Source of the DNA: Chrysomallon squamiferum
Lineage: Eukaryota; Animalia; Mollusca
Length of the DNA stretch: 64,000 bases
Assembly (NCBI GenBank): GCA_012295275.1
Contig: CM022671.1
Location: forward strand, 27,404,001-27,468,000
Direction of reading: 5' to 3'
Made by a program: the position numbers and the translations under genes. This document shows positions 15,501 through 30,009 of the stretch, piece after piece (the stretch's first letter is position 1; every line of letters begins with the position of its first letter). The notes beneath the pieces were generated by a model. That model saw nothing but the letters and a program-made list of their open reading frames with translations, was not told the origin of the DNA and ran no database searches.

Positions 15501-18500
15501 TAATGTGTAGATTATGTTGTAGTTTTTCAGATTAATTATTACTGTGGGACCATCTTCTAGACCAACTGCTGCCACGGTTCCATGTTTATTTACCTGGCAA
15601 TATAGAATACAGGTTCATTATTAACAAATTTTACATACAAATAAGTATCTGCATTCTGTTTTATTTAGCTAATATGCAGTATTATAAGCAGTTAAATATG
15701 TGTATTCTCTTAATCTGAAAATTTCAGCAGATGTAAATAAAATGATTGTTAGGAATATTTTGATGGTAAAGTATTTTCATGTTTTAGGATTAAAAAATCT
15801 TGGATTAGGTTTCATTTCTGACCATTACCCCATGTCCTTTTATTTGTGTAAAAAAAAAATTAATAAATAAAATAATTTGATACATACAATTTTTTGACCA
15901 CTTAATTTGATAGTATTTTGATATAAAACCCACATGTTACTTAGTTGACTGACATTTCAGAACTTAAAAAGGTCCATATATCTTTATTGCTATGTTTTGT
16001 TTTGAATCATTTAATGGTTAATTGTTTATGTAATGTGTAGCTTGAAGAGTTTACATCTATTTATTGTTAATATATTTTTGTAACAAAATAATCTGTTAAA
16101 ACTGATTTATTTATTGAAATTTTTAGCAAATATCATTTTTTTTTTTTTTTAAAGTATTCAGACAAGAATAGTTCCCTACTTATGACCAGATTACTTTCAG
16201 CATGTCACATGAAGTTCTGAGTTGACATTACTAATATTTAACTTCCTTTTCTCTGTTTACGAATTATTACAAATGACTGGGCCAACTAGGTAAGGAAATG
16301 AACCATGATTTTCATTTGTCTTTTCTTAACCCATTTTTAATTAAATATATATATATTTGTGTATGTATTGTTGTAAGTATGGGTGGACATAGCAGATTAG
16401 CTGTAGCAACTTACAACAATGTAACTAATCAGTTGTGGCTGTCCTGTTTCAATTATCTTTGTTGCTTTTCCACTATCTATATTCAGCACTTTCAGGTTTC
16501 TTCGTCCTCTTGTACAAGATAAGACATCTGAAAGATATGTTAACGCAGTGTTCATGAAAATATATTTATAATATTTAAGCATTAAAATTATCACCATTCT
16601 GTTATCAGTACATCAATGTTACTATAATTTGTTTTTGCTCACCCGTATTGTAATTAATTATGGAAGTATCTACACCTGGTGCTAACATTCCTTGAAAAGT
16701 TCTGACAATGGATATGTTCATGAGGTCAAGCAGTTTCAGTTTTCTTTCCACTCTTAAGATAGCATAATGGTCTCCAAGAGGTTTAAAATCTGAACAGTCA
16801 CTGCTCTTAAATAAAAAATAATATATATATTATGGTATGTATTAGTTTATATGTACCAACAATAATAAGATATATGGAAAAATATGGAACAGTTTCATAT
16901 TGGAAGAAAAGTTTTAAAATATAATTTAATCAACATTATAAGACTAATAAATAAAGCGTTAAATTTTGGAATTTAATTTTATTTTTATTCTGTGCTGCAC
17001 ATTATATTAAAAGTTCGCAAGGTAATATTTATCAAAAATGAATGGGAGTTTTAATCAGTCTGTGAAAAAAAGCCAAATAATCCAATACATTATTATATTT
17101 ACCATTTTTACTTCTCTTATCACTTTGGATGTTGCTAGGTCAAACACTTGTAAACAGTAGCATTCTCCTGATTCTTTTCCTTCTTGTAAAAGATAGCGTG
17201 GATTATCAAACTTCTTGATATTCCTAAAGAAGTAATAAAATACTTTAATTGACTTGTTACTAGTTTTGTTTCAGCTATAATTCATACTGTTGTGTTAGAT
17301 TATATTAATGCACTTATGTAACATCAACATAAAACTGTATTTCATGTTCAGGTATTCAAAATAATTGCTGAACCAAAGTTTATATGTAACAAATTTTTAT
17401 TTTTGTTTTTAATAGTATTTTTAACATGCAATTCATATATAAACTCTGCACATTTATAGTATTAATTTAACTCAGTAATAACTGTTCTACATTTTGATAT
17501 GACTCCTGAGCATCAGATCACTGTGGAATTTTGAGATTCATAATAAATACAAATATGTCAAAGTCAAGACTAACCTTAGTTCAAAATTTTCTTTTTTATC
17601 TCTACAATCTTGCTGATTGTCTCTGGTATCAATACGACTTGTGTCCCAGATTCTCACTAATCTGTCATCCGCAATTGAGATGACTGTTTGTAAATTATTT
17701 GTAGCAACATCCACCACACTGACAGGATGTTCTAGAATAACAGATCTTTTTCCATCCTCCATACTCCATACAACTACTTCTCTTTTGTTTGCAAAGTACA
17801 TGTGCTTACAGTCACTGGTAAAATGAAATTTTTCAGAAAAGTCTTCTTCAGTGCCTAAAATGAAAATGCAACTAATATTCCAAATGTAAAATAATCATAT
17901 TTAAAAAAGATGAAAATAATATTTACATCCTTTGTGTTACTGTTAATGAATTAATCAAAAAATAACTGCATTAGAATTTTATAATTTACTGAAAAATTAT
18001 GTCCAGTACAATTGAATAAATAAATAAAAATCCAGTAACATATTAAAAGATTATTTTCACTAACTATTTCCACATTAGAACATAACTTAAAAAAATTCAC
18101 ATACTATATAACTGAAACAGAGGCATTTTATGAGAAATGAAATTTCTCAAATACTTGCCTTTAAATTGCTGTAATTTTGTCATGCTTTTAATGTCATAGA
18201 TATTGATGTTATTATCATAGCAATTTGAAACAATTAATATTTTGTTGTCAGAAGTGATTGCCAGAGCATCAATTGTATACTGGTCACTTTCACCATCATC
18301 GGTCATAAAACTGGGAAATGGCTCGATCATTTGAATGAATGATTTCATTGTTATGTCCACAACAAAGAGATAGAACTGGTCCATGTCACTAAATGCCAAG
18401 TATTTACTGCTGCCTGTAATTAACACCAAACTATTGCATTTATCTGTATTTATCCAACATGCAAAAAAGAAAGGTTATGAACACTGAAAAAACATTTATT

Positions 18501-21500
18501 ATTCCTTCTAAACATAATCTTACAGCAAATAATTTGTTAGTTATATTTCATTTATTAATTTTCACTAGAACACTTTTTTTTTAAAAAGTAATTGTTATTA
18601 TGCTTTTAAAGGGAGACTATCATTTTAGGTATTGATGATTTGTTTCAAACAATTAATAAATCTACCATTTTAAAATTTCATTTTCTCTGAAAACATCACA
18701 AAATAATAAAAGTAAAAACATATTTAATTTATTGTTAAAACTCACCAACACAAGCACCATATTCACCCAGCTCCTGATCTGATGTTAACATTTTGCATTC
18801 AATTGTATTTTGTAAAATGCCTGACTTTGCATCATACAGCTTAACATCCTTTTCAAAAACAACACCAACCACTGAGTTATCCTTGCCACATGGACTAAAT
18901 AGTTTTCTTCCAACATCATTCAGATCTATGGTATAAGCCAGAACCCCAGACTCCACATTATAACCTTGAATAGATAGGTCAAGTCCCACTAGTATTATCC
19001 TTCCATTACAGCAGAATCTAAGATTTTCTGGATCATCTCCTATTCCATCAATTGAACGTTCAAGTTTTCCTTCAGCAACATCCCAGAATTTCATTGACTT
19101 GTCTGCAGCACCTGAAAATAATTTATTTTTTTTTTTTTTTTTTTAAATTTAAATTTTAGCATTGAGCCAATATTTTAGTTACATTCTATTTAGTACTTAT
19201 GTATCAATTGTCAGGCTATTTAGTGCCATAAGTCAATTATCAGCCTGTTTAGAAAATAAAATATAAAAGTCATCATTGTGATGAAAAGTCAGCTAAGTTC
19301 ATTAATAGATTATCTAAATGGAGAAAACAAAGCTTGTAATCATGAATGTTATTATTTGTTTCTTCACATTTTCGAAAATATCTGCTTCATATGTTTTTAT
19401 ACTTATGGAAGCTAATAGAGAGAACATTAGAGGTTATATATGTGTATACTAACATGTTACAGCTATTTTCCCATCAGGTGAAAGTGCAAGACTTGTTACA
19501 TCACCTTTCTGACCAGATAGACAGTGTACGAGTTCTCCACCAGGTGGAGTTAAAATCATTTGATCAGGAAGGAGGTAATAAGATGGAGAATTTTTACAGT
19601 TTTCAAGAAAATCTTCCAAACCCTGAAGGAGAAAATTTAATATATATATTCTAACATATTAAAAACAAGCACCACTAACTGTTAATTAATCTTTAAAATC
19701 ACATGTTATTAAGAATAAAAAAAGAAAACTAAAACAATGTGGCATATTCTTGAAAATGAAATTAATAACATATGAAATAATACTTGGCTTTTAATTTTAT
19801 TTTCACAGATTTGAGGTGTAACATGTAAGCTACATTCAAATACAAAATTAAATAAAAGGTAATATATACACAATACCTTTGGATTGATTATTCGCCCAAG
19901 AATTTGTGATGGAAGTTCATCAGGATTAAATATCAGTGCATCTTGTGAAAGTTGCAATGTTTCTGTTAATGTTTTCAATTCTGGATCTTCAGGTACAACC
20001 TTCCGAGCTTCCCAAAAGTCATCTAAAACTTGCCTGATTAATATAATGATCACATTAATATTTTAAACAGTTAGAAGAGAAATATTTCACAATAAAGCCA
20101 TACATTTTATCTAATTTAAATAAAAACATAATTTAAACATTTAAATATTACCTAAGACTTGTAGCGTGAAGTTTGGTAGAAACAAAATCATAATTTAACA
20201 GACATTCTTTCCTAAGTTCTTCTATCTGTTCTGCTTCCAGTCTGTGGTATGGCAAATTGGTTAATTTTCTCAGATTGTAAGCAGTGCCAAATTTTAATGG
20301 CTGTACTGTCACATGACGGTCAGCCTCTTTTTCTTTTCCATCTTTGTCTTTGTAAGGTTTAGCTATTCCTGAAAATATGTAGGAAAATCAAGCTCCATTT
20401 ATGTTATATCTAAAACAAAATATGATATATACAGAGTCAGACAGACTTGCCATTTTAATACTATACCTAATATTAAAATTAAAATAACAAAAATGAAATT
20501 TTAATTTAAATTTTATTATTGTCATCATTATTTTATTATATTTTTTGGCAGTAACTGGTTCTGACCTAAAGACCATGTTCCAGAAAAAAAGCTGGCCAAT
20601 TCCATGTGTCTCATTTTCCTTTCTGATTGATCAGAACAGTATCGATCTTGGGCTGCTTCAATAAATTGTCTGTGGTACCAGTAGAATACTCTAACGCCAT
20701 CAGCACCTCTATCCACTGAGGAAAATTAAAACACATCTTCAAGTGACAAAACTTCCAGTGTGACAAAACAAATTAAGTTAAGTGTTTCAAAAAATAAAAG
20801 TTAAAAGAACACTATATGCAACTATTAATATTTTTCAGAATAATCATTTTACATTTGTTATTATCTTTCATGATACAGTTCATGGGCACCTGTGAGGGAT
20901 TTTCAAATGTCTTGAAAGTGCACCATTTTACTGTTAAATGTTTTATTAGCAATAATTGGCTGCCAGAAATAAAATTAATAATAACTCAGTAGTATAAAGA
21001 ATTTATTACATATCAAGGGTATGTTATAAAAATACAAACCTAAATACTGTCCAAGATCAGCCTTCAACCTGACTAACAGCAAAGGAGGAAGTCGTCGAAT
21101 TGGAGGTGTCCAGTATGTGTATACATCATTCAACACTTCATCATCACAGGACAAAATGTCTTCAAGTTCACTCTCTGTTAGACCATTTTTACCTGAAAAC
21201 ATTAATATGAAATTAAAAAGTAATTCTCACTACAAGAAAGAAGAATTAGTAAATTGGAGAATAATTCTAAATTTGTATTAATTAATAATCAGACATTTGA
21301 AGTTTATGTTTCCAAGTCTTTCATTCTCTTTTATGGGAAAAACAAATGAACATAAAATAAGAAAAACTTACTGAGTGTAAGAAGAGCAAGAGCATGAGAC
21401 ACGAATATTTTCCCATGGAGCTCCTCCATCCTAGCCAGAAGAGCATCTATACTTCCTCTTATTGTTTCCTGTAAAATTGTTTCATCTAGAGGGGCATAAG

Positions 21501-23784
21501 ATGTCCATCTGCAAGCTTGGTCAAATGACAGCTTCAGAAAAAGAGGGAGAGGACACTTTTGGAAAGCATTCATGACTTTAGATCTTTGAAGATTAGTAAG
21601 TTGTCTTCCTTGTATCTGAAGCCATTTGTTTAATATACCACTGACATCACTATCAGGAAGTTTTGGAACATCAAGAAAATGATCTGGTGATGAGAACATA
21701 GCCTGAAATGTTCAAGCAATTTTAAATTTGTTAATTTAAATTTTCTTTTTTCATGGAATATATTACATATATTATATGTATATATACTGTTTATCACATT
21801 TAATTTTTTTAAATTGTAAATATTTTCACACTTTGCAAATGAAATGCAGTGAGTGAATTGTTTTTCATTAGTTTAGACATTTCTGAGATGAAAATTGGCT
21901 CAATCCCATAGCTATTATTTTGAAGATGTATTTTCAACACACTATGAGCAATACTATTTGATTAAGCTATTTTTACATTAAAACTTTCAATCCAATTCAG
22001 TTCTCGTGTGTACAGTGCAGAATTACTAAAACAAATATATTTTACCTTGAGTCTTGGTAAGCTTTCATATTTTTCCTCAGGTAAAGTTGAAACAATTAGT
22101 TTTACAAAAGGAGGAAGACATTTTGGTAGCCATTCAAGTCTACGAGCTCCCCATGATGGATCAAACTGATCAAGTGAATCCAGAAAAATGATAAGCGGCA
22201 GGTTTTCAGTTGCCAACTTCAGTTCTTTATGGAATTCTTCAGTCAAATCTTTAATATCCTAAACACATAATTAACATGTTTCTAAAATTATCCATTTTGA
22301 TATTAATGTGTTAATCAGGATTTTATACACACTAATTTTCAGAGTTGAAAATTTATATTTGTTTTAAAGAATTATGTTAGTTTTTTAAACAAATAAAAAT
22401 GTACATTATGCATTCAGTGAAAACTTAATTAGTAAATAGCATTAACATACTGCTGGCAGTTCTTCAACTTCTTGTCCATATATTTTGCCAATTTGTTTTA
22501 CAACACTGGTGAGCAAAGCTCCAATAGTTGAGCTGTCTGGTGTTGTTCCAATAAACCTAGAAATAATGCACATTTAGGAAAGAAAAATTTATAGTGCTTC
22601 TTAAATGAATTCATAACAACAGAACCATGCAAAAATGTCTCAAAATATGAGTAATAAAGGTACCATTTTCACAAATTTCAAATTTATTATAAGCTATATT
22701 AGAATATGGTTTATACTGTTAAAACTTATATATTTGCCCATTTCTTACCATAAACATACCTTCATTTTGCCTTTCAGTCAATTCTTTCATACACTCTTTG
22801 TATGTGTTAATAATAGTATACCGTATAATAACTGCAGCCTTTCCATCAAATGTATCCCAGCAGTTCTTAGCTGCCATTGCTATAACTGATGTTTTGCCAC
22901 ATCCTGATGGACCATGAACAACAAACGGAATGTTGCTTTTGCTAGCTATGTATCTGAACATTTTCTGAAATGCAATAATCAATAAAATCAGCAACCAGCA
23001 TACTATTCCAAAGAATTAGAGAAAAAAGCAAAAATGATTTTGATACTGATAAAGACAACTATGAAACATTTGGATTTTATATTCTACCCATTTGAGAAGT
23101 TAGTATTTACACAAAGACTTCTCTCTTTATAGAATGTTTATTTGTGTTTTTGTTTCACTTTTAACCAATACTAGATTTATTCCTTGTTTTAAGCTTTAAA
23201 TAACTTCAGAGTAGATGATACTGCATTTATAAAATTAATTTGTACAAACCTATTTATTTTATTCTTTTATAAAGTCTGTTATTTATTTTACTGCAAAAAG
23301 TAATATTTCAGTTAGGATTTATTTTCATTTTTTTAATGATGTGAGAAAAAAGTCAAAGTGTGTTTTGTGTGTTTTATGACATAGTTACACAAACATACCA
23401 ATGGATTTTTTTGGCATTGTCTACTGATATCCAAAAAATAACTTTACATGAACCAAATATAATGTTAAGGAAAATGCTTAGTAAAAGAAAAGTGCTCATT
23501 AATAATTTTTAGCTTGTCTGTTGCTGACTGATATTTTTATGATCTACCTGCAGTGTGTCATGTCGTCCATGGAAAACTCTACATTTCTCTTGACAAAACA
23601 ATGTTTGCTGAACAATCTCTTCAAACAAGGGATTGGCAAGGTCAGTCTGCTGTCGCTTTTTAATACTGCTCTCAATCATTGTTGCCAGTTTCGTCTCAAA
23701 ATTCAAACAGAGCTTTTTCAAATATTTTTGATGCTCAGTATCTTTTACTGGATCAATACCTGTTAATGCAATAATAAAAAATAA

Positions 23785-23825
<41 letters not shown>

Positions 23826-24689
23826 AAATAAGATATACAAGTAAATAAATAAATAAAAAAATAATTATATAAATACAGTATTGTTTTATCTTCAAAGGAG
23901 GAATGTTTGTGCAATTTTAAAATAATATAATAAATGTAAATTTTATGTTTTGGGATCAAAAAATCTTCAGCTCAGCTGTCTTGGATCAGGTTTCATTTCT
24001 GACTATTATCCCACTTCAGTTTATTTACATAAAAAAATTTAATCAATGAAATAATTTGATATGTACCATTTTTGGACCACTTAATTTCATAGTCAACTAT
24101 ATTTTTCTTTGGAATTCTTTGTGGTAAAGAATCTTTAAGCTGATTTAGCAACTGCCGTGATTCCTTTATTTTTTCATCAGAACCCACCAAATCTGAAATT
24201 AAAAACATTTTTTAAGAGGAGATTATGATGATAAAAAAGAAGAAGAAATGAATGATAATACAAATCCTTAGTCATCACTTCATGTCAAATTTGTACCTAC
24301 ATTTATAGTAATTATATCTTTCTCTCCTCTTTTCAGATAATGTACAACATACACTGTTCATCTGCCTATATAACATATATTCAAAATAAATGTTGGTGAA
24401 CTGGAAACTCCAGTGTAGATTAATGCATCCACAATATGTATTTTCTACAAGTATTCTGTCTTTTGTATCTTCCTGTTTATTCTTTTAGTAAATTATTTGT
24501 ATTTTAATAAAGTGTGCACCTGTATATCGACCAAGCTGATAGTTTGGTGTCTGCTTTTCAATATCCTCTATAATTCTGTGAAACCAAAAACACAGACTGC
24601 CAACTTCATTGTCTTCTGTGAATAAAACCTTTCTTATTTCAGCTTCAGTAACTGGAGGAATATAGAAAGTGAATAAAATGTTTAACTTC

Positions 24690-24743
<54 letters not shown>

Positions 24744-26100
24744 GTAATAGTAATAATAAAAAGGAGAAGAAAAAGAAGAAAAAGAGAAGAAAGAGACAAA
24801 CACCAGCAGTAATGAAACTACATAAACATGTACAAATAAAACATACAGATATGAATTACTCACAAATACCCAGAAACCTATAAACTTACAAACATACACA
24901 CATACATACCAGACATTTCATATTCATGAGCAGTCACTTTGTCCAGACACTTCCTGGCTGCAGAAACAAAAGCGTCTTGCATGATAGAGTTTTCACTATA
25001 CCAAGCATTTTTTGCCTGAGTTCGCAGTTCTTGATCTTTAGATTTGAAATCTGGAAGATAGTTGCTGATTGGCTGTAACACATAGGTGGGCGGTACGGAG
25101 TTGTCATCTCTTTTGAACCATCTGTAATAAAATTTGATGCATTTACACTTTTTTTTCTGATGATGAAATTCTTCTGTTGAATTAAGTAGCTCAATAAAAC
25201 AGTCTTGGTGTGCTCACTCAGTTATTTCCCTTTCCATCTGGTGCTTAATAGACAGTTTATTAAATGCTATGATATGTTGTTTTCATGGCAATGGGAAGCT
25301 GCATATAAAAAAAATTCTTGTAACTTTTTAGCTTCAGGGATGAAACCACTGGCTTTGAAACATATAAGTTCTATAGCAGTAAATGGAGAGGTGCAAGACT
25401 CAACATACTCTCTCTTCTCTGTTATTATTGTAATAACAGACAGTCCAGAGTCAAGGATGTTTTAAATATCTAATTGATTAATAACAGATGTCAGATGTTT
25501 ACTCTCTTATCATTGTTAATCATAAAATTATATTTATAATGAAATATGAATACAGTTATAGAGCAAACAGTTTTTAGTGCAATATTTATATGCTTATGAG
25601 GTTTTGTTATCCAGTGATCTACCAGAAATAATTTAACAAATTTAATATAGTCACAAACACATATGCACATTTAAACATGGAAGCAAAAAATGCAGAAGGA
25701 AACAATATTATCGAATTGAATAATGTCATTAACTTACTTTTTGATAGTTTTAATGGCTTCTTGGGATGTTATTGCACCTAACAATGTGTCAAATTCGTCT
25801 GCCAATATTAAACGTGGGAATGCTCTGTATCCATACTTGTGAGACAAAAATGTCTGAAAATAGTTTAGAAAAATGATTAATATAAATCTGTATTAGATAT
25901 GGGTGTGAATTAGGACATAACAGCATTAATAAAACGAACACACACACAGACACACACAATTTTTCTGTATATTTAAATTCAATTTATTCATACAGAATTT
26001 AAATGATTCAAAATATATAAAATACTGCAATTAATAATAAAAAAAATAAAAATAAATAAATATAAAATAAATGTTAAGAAGATAAAACCTAAAATGAAAT

Positions 26101-26145
<45 letters not shown>

Positions 26146-27923
26146 AATATTAATTTTGTTGTTTTTATTTAAACAAAATTCGTAACAGATCACAATTTGC
26201 TATTTTAATTTAATAATGAAAATATTTTATTGGTTTAATTCTACAAACCACAAAACATGGCCCTGTGGATACTTTTTTACAAAGTTCAACTTCTCTCAGA
26301 CATAGCTCTGTGGTCATGTGATCGTCAGTAGCCTCGTCTCGGATTCCCCAGCGCATGTCCACTACCTGAAACTCGAACCCTTCTTCCTGACAAATTTTCT
26401 TTAGCTTGGGATAAGCATTCTCCATCAAAGTGTTCCTCTCATGAAATGTATCTGAAATATTTTCATTTCCATTCGTTTATAAAACAAATTTCAGTCTTGC
26501 AATCAGAACAAAGACAACATGGCCGTAATTACAGTGAGGAAAATGCATCATACCGAAATTGACGATTTTTTATTTTAAAACTATAAAATATAAATCTGTA
26601 TTCCGATAGAAACGATATCCACTGAATGAATTCGGTTTATGTCTACGGTTACTGTTTGAAGTCTACCGACATCGTTGCGATAAAAAACATAACGGACTTC
26701 CAAGACATCAGTTTAGCCTCATTTCAAAAAGAGTGTAGTCATTGGCATGGGCGCGCGCGCGTGTTTGTGACTTCAAATCTATTAATTCACATAATTCAAA
26801 TGCAAATACGTAGAGTAAAATAAATAAAATTATTACGTGGGAGGGAGTTATGTCATATGCAAGAACTGCTGAAACTTAGCTGAAGTACAGGCATAATTTT
26901 ATACAAGTTGGACTGTGATTGGTCGCAAATAGAAATTGTCACTTGTGATATGGTACCAGCTTTATACTAATTTCTGTAGGGCCGAACCTCGAAGGCAGAA
27001 GTGGAATTGACCCTCGCCAAAGGCAGCAACCCCCCCCAAAAAAAAAAAAAAAAAAAAAAAACAATCTAAATAATTAGGTTTGATTGGATACTGAATCCCA
27101 ATGTAAGTGAAATATATACTGGTTTTATATATCAAAAAACGGAGTGTGGGAGTTTAAGAGTGGTTAAACATGAAACTATCAGTTTTATGTGTGAGCATGC
27201 GTGTACCTACAGACGGTTTAGCAAGAATCGATATGAGATTTATATTTAAAAAAAATTAAACAAACACATTTAAAAAAAAAAAAAAAATTAAACACCTTTA
27301 GAAGCTAATGTTATTTTAAGCAGAAAGAAAAATATTATATTACCTGTAAAAGTACTGCTTGTGAATATTCTTACAATTTTTGCCGTTGATGGACATTCGA
27401 GGTTCATATTTCCTTTAATAATGAGATCACTAGACAAAGCTGTCGGCACAAATTCTGACTGTCGACGTCTGTGTTTTGGCTGACCGGTTTTAGGTCTGTC
27501 TCCTCGTGTCTTGGGCCTCTGCACTTGACTCCTATCCAGCTTGCCTTCATGTTGTTGCAGAGCTTTTTCCAGTTTTTGAATTTGCTCGTCAGTTGATACA
27601 CGTCGATTATTTCTGCGATCGAGAAAGGGAACAGAAGGTGGTAATAACTCTGTTTCAGAAGTATTCGTTTCATATTGTTTTTCTTCTGTGGCTGATTTGT
27701 TTATTACGTTGCCACGGTGAGTCTTTGTAAATGCTTTATTTATAAGATCTTTTTTGCCGTCAGTGGAATTAAAATTGCCTTTTTGTACAGTGTTAGATTT
27801 TGATGTTTTATGAACAGGTTTAGAGGATTCTTCTTTGTTTTCCTTTGAACTATTCTCCGAGGATCTGTAAAAAAAGTATTTTCATTATTATTAATTCTTT
27901 TTCTTTTATCGTGCAACCGAAAG

Positions 27924-27967
<44 letters not shown>

Positions 27968-29437
27968 AATCAAATACAGCTTGAATGTTTGAAAACAAGA
28001 AAGAGAAAGCTGACCACTGAACACTGATAGTGCTCAAGATGTTATAAGAGACATTGTATAGGGCCATTCCATGTCAGATCAGCCAAACGGGTTTAACCTC
28101 AGCATCTTCGATTTTCATGAAATTTGGTATATAGTGGACTAGCCCAAATCGTAAATATTAATTGAATCGGAGCAATATTTATTTATTTATTTGTTGAGGT
28201 ATGAGCCTTTGAATTTTTATTTTTTATTTTTGTTTTAATAATAAATTTGGAATCTTTATCAAATTAGCTTTCCAGAAACACCAATTTCATCAAAATCGAC
28301 GCACATATTACAATGTTATCATGGTCTAAAAACTGGTGGTGACGCCGACTGAACTAATATTTGAAATTTGGGCTAGTTATATCGAATCTACATAATCAAA
28401 CTTCAGGAAAATCGAAAATAGTGAGGTTAATATTTTGCTTTCTGGGGTTTATTTGACATGGAATGACCATTTGCCCTAAATGGAGGATTTGGTTGAAACA
28501 AATCTTATGTGTGTACGGAATTATATAATCATTTGCTTTATACATTGCACTTACATATGTTACTGAAAATGAAAAGGCTCATTTGTTAACATATAATTCC
28601 CATATAATTCCCAACTGTATTGTTATAAGTTATATAACTGACTGATTTTGTGCATTTAAGCTGTGATAGAGAACAAGCGTATATAAAAAGCATTAATATA
28701 AATTTGTCACTTCTAAACAATCCATTGATTGAATCCCTTTAAAAAGTATTTATTTTATTTTTCAGTCATTTTATGCAAAATGTTATAATGAAAGCCTCTG
28801 TGATATGAGGCAAAATGAACACCTGAAGACTGATGAGTCGAAAACTCAAGCTTTCATAGTGTGCTCACTTATTTATTTTTATATTGTTTGCCTCAGATTT
28901 GATATCTGATAATCTTAATAACACATGTTGAACTGTATTTAAACAAATATTCATTTCCAATTACTACTACTAATAATAAAACATTAAATTAGATCAAAAA
29001 AAAAAAAAAAAAAAAATTCTAAAAAATATATATATTTAAAAAAAATGTCGTACTAATAATTAACAGATAAAAGCAAAATCTTAGAACGAAACAAAAACTA
29101 ATTCTATTTACTAATTTATTAATTAACATAAAATTATCAACCTAACTACCGTATTCAGTATCAGTGATCTGTGACGAATGGCGCCTACTAAAGCCCTAAT
29201 AGACTTAACTTTCGTATTTCAGAAAATATCGCTATAACCATATTCAGCCATTACGTCATAAGCTCTGTTGCAATATTAATTAGAGATTCCTGTTTTGATT
29301 TTTCTCATTTCATTATTAACCTCGTTATTACATGTCAACAAGGCATGATTCAAGTGAATTGAAATTTATCATTTTAAATCATATAAGTCATCGTTCCATA
29401 AAGAAGTTACTTAGTGTGGTAATGATGCCGATGACGG

Positions 29438-29468
<31 letters not shown>

Positions 29469-30009
29469 AATAGACTTGAAAATAATGAATTAATAATAGC
29501 AGCAGTAGCAGCAGTAGTAGCCGCAATAATAGTAGTAATCTCGACCTTTAGCTTTTTTTCTTAATCATGTAATAACAGTTCACAATCTTTTGTATTTCAT
29601 TAAGCCAGCCAGCCATTCATTCATATGTTTAGTATTAAACTGACAAATGTTCAGTCACTAGTACAAATAAACATTCTGATAAATAGCAATGTCTAAATAT
29701 TTACGAGGGAAGTTAAACAATGTTATACATATATAATTAATATCAACGTGAGCAAACACAGAAACCAATATCTTTAACCTTTCTCTTTAACAGATACACC
29801 GACACCGTCAACAACATAATAACAAAAAGGCTACAAAAGAATCCAAATAATAACACATTTATACTGATCAAAGAAATACTGGTAATAGAAAATATGAAGT
29901 GAACGTTATTTTCATACCTATGTTCATCAACATGTTGATATTGTCTTCTTGTTGTTTTTGAGTCTCGTAAATCCTCATAGGGTCTGGATGTACTGTTACC
30001 ACATCCCAT
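12539..30009 (-). CDS. NACHT and WD40 repeat-containing protein (NWD1/NWD2-like STAND NTPase with N-terminal DUF4062), 28 exons, ~1809 aa
   Basis: Exons 29918-30009, 27344-27864, 26249-26451, 25738-25853, 24910-25121, 24520-24651, 24067-24192, 23548-23759, 22822-22964, 22451-22556, 22046-22258, 21372-21702, 21040-21192, 20566-20715, 20152-20368, 19877-20033, 19454-19622, 18746-19111, 18159-18413, 17575-17854, 17103-17223, 16643-16805, 16415-16527, 15344-15593, 13880-14044, 13364-13530, 12891-13050, 12539-12675 total 5430 nt in frame. Motifs: VRIFTSSTFTD/QVVDMRWG (DUF4062), Walker A GPSGCGKTS, Walker B LIIFLDSLD, CPLPLFLKL, GLTESELEDILS, WYHRQF, WD repeats (MKFWD, VRIWD), acidic tail. Confidence 0.92.
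28061..28468. mobile_element. Non-autonomous DNA transposon (MITE) in intron 1 of the NWD-like gene
   Basis: Terminal inverted repeats GGGCCATTCCATGTCA / TGACATGGAATGACC, with subterminal inverted similarity (ttcgattttcatgaaatttg / caaacttcaggaaaatcgaa). No ORF. Confidence 0.75.
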
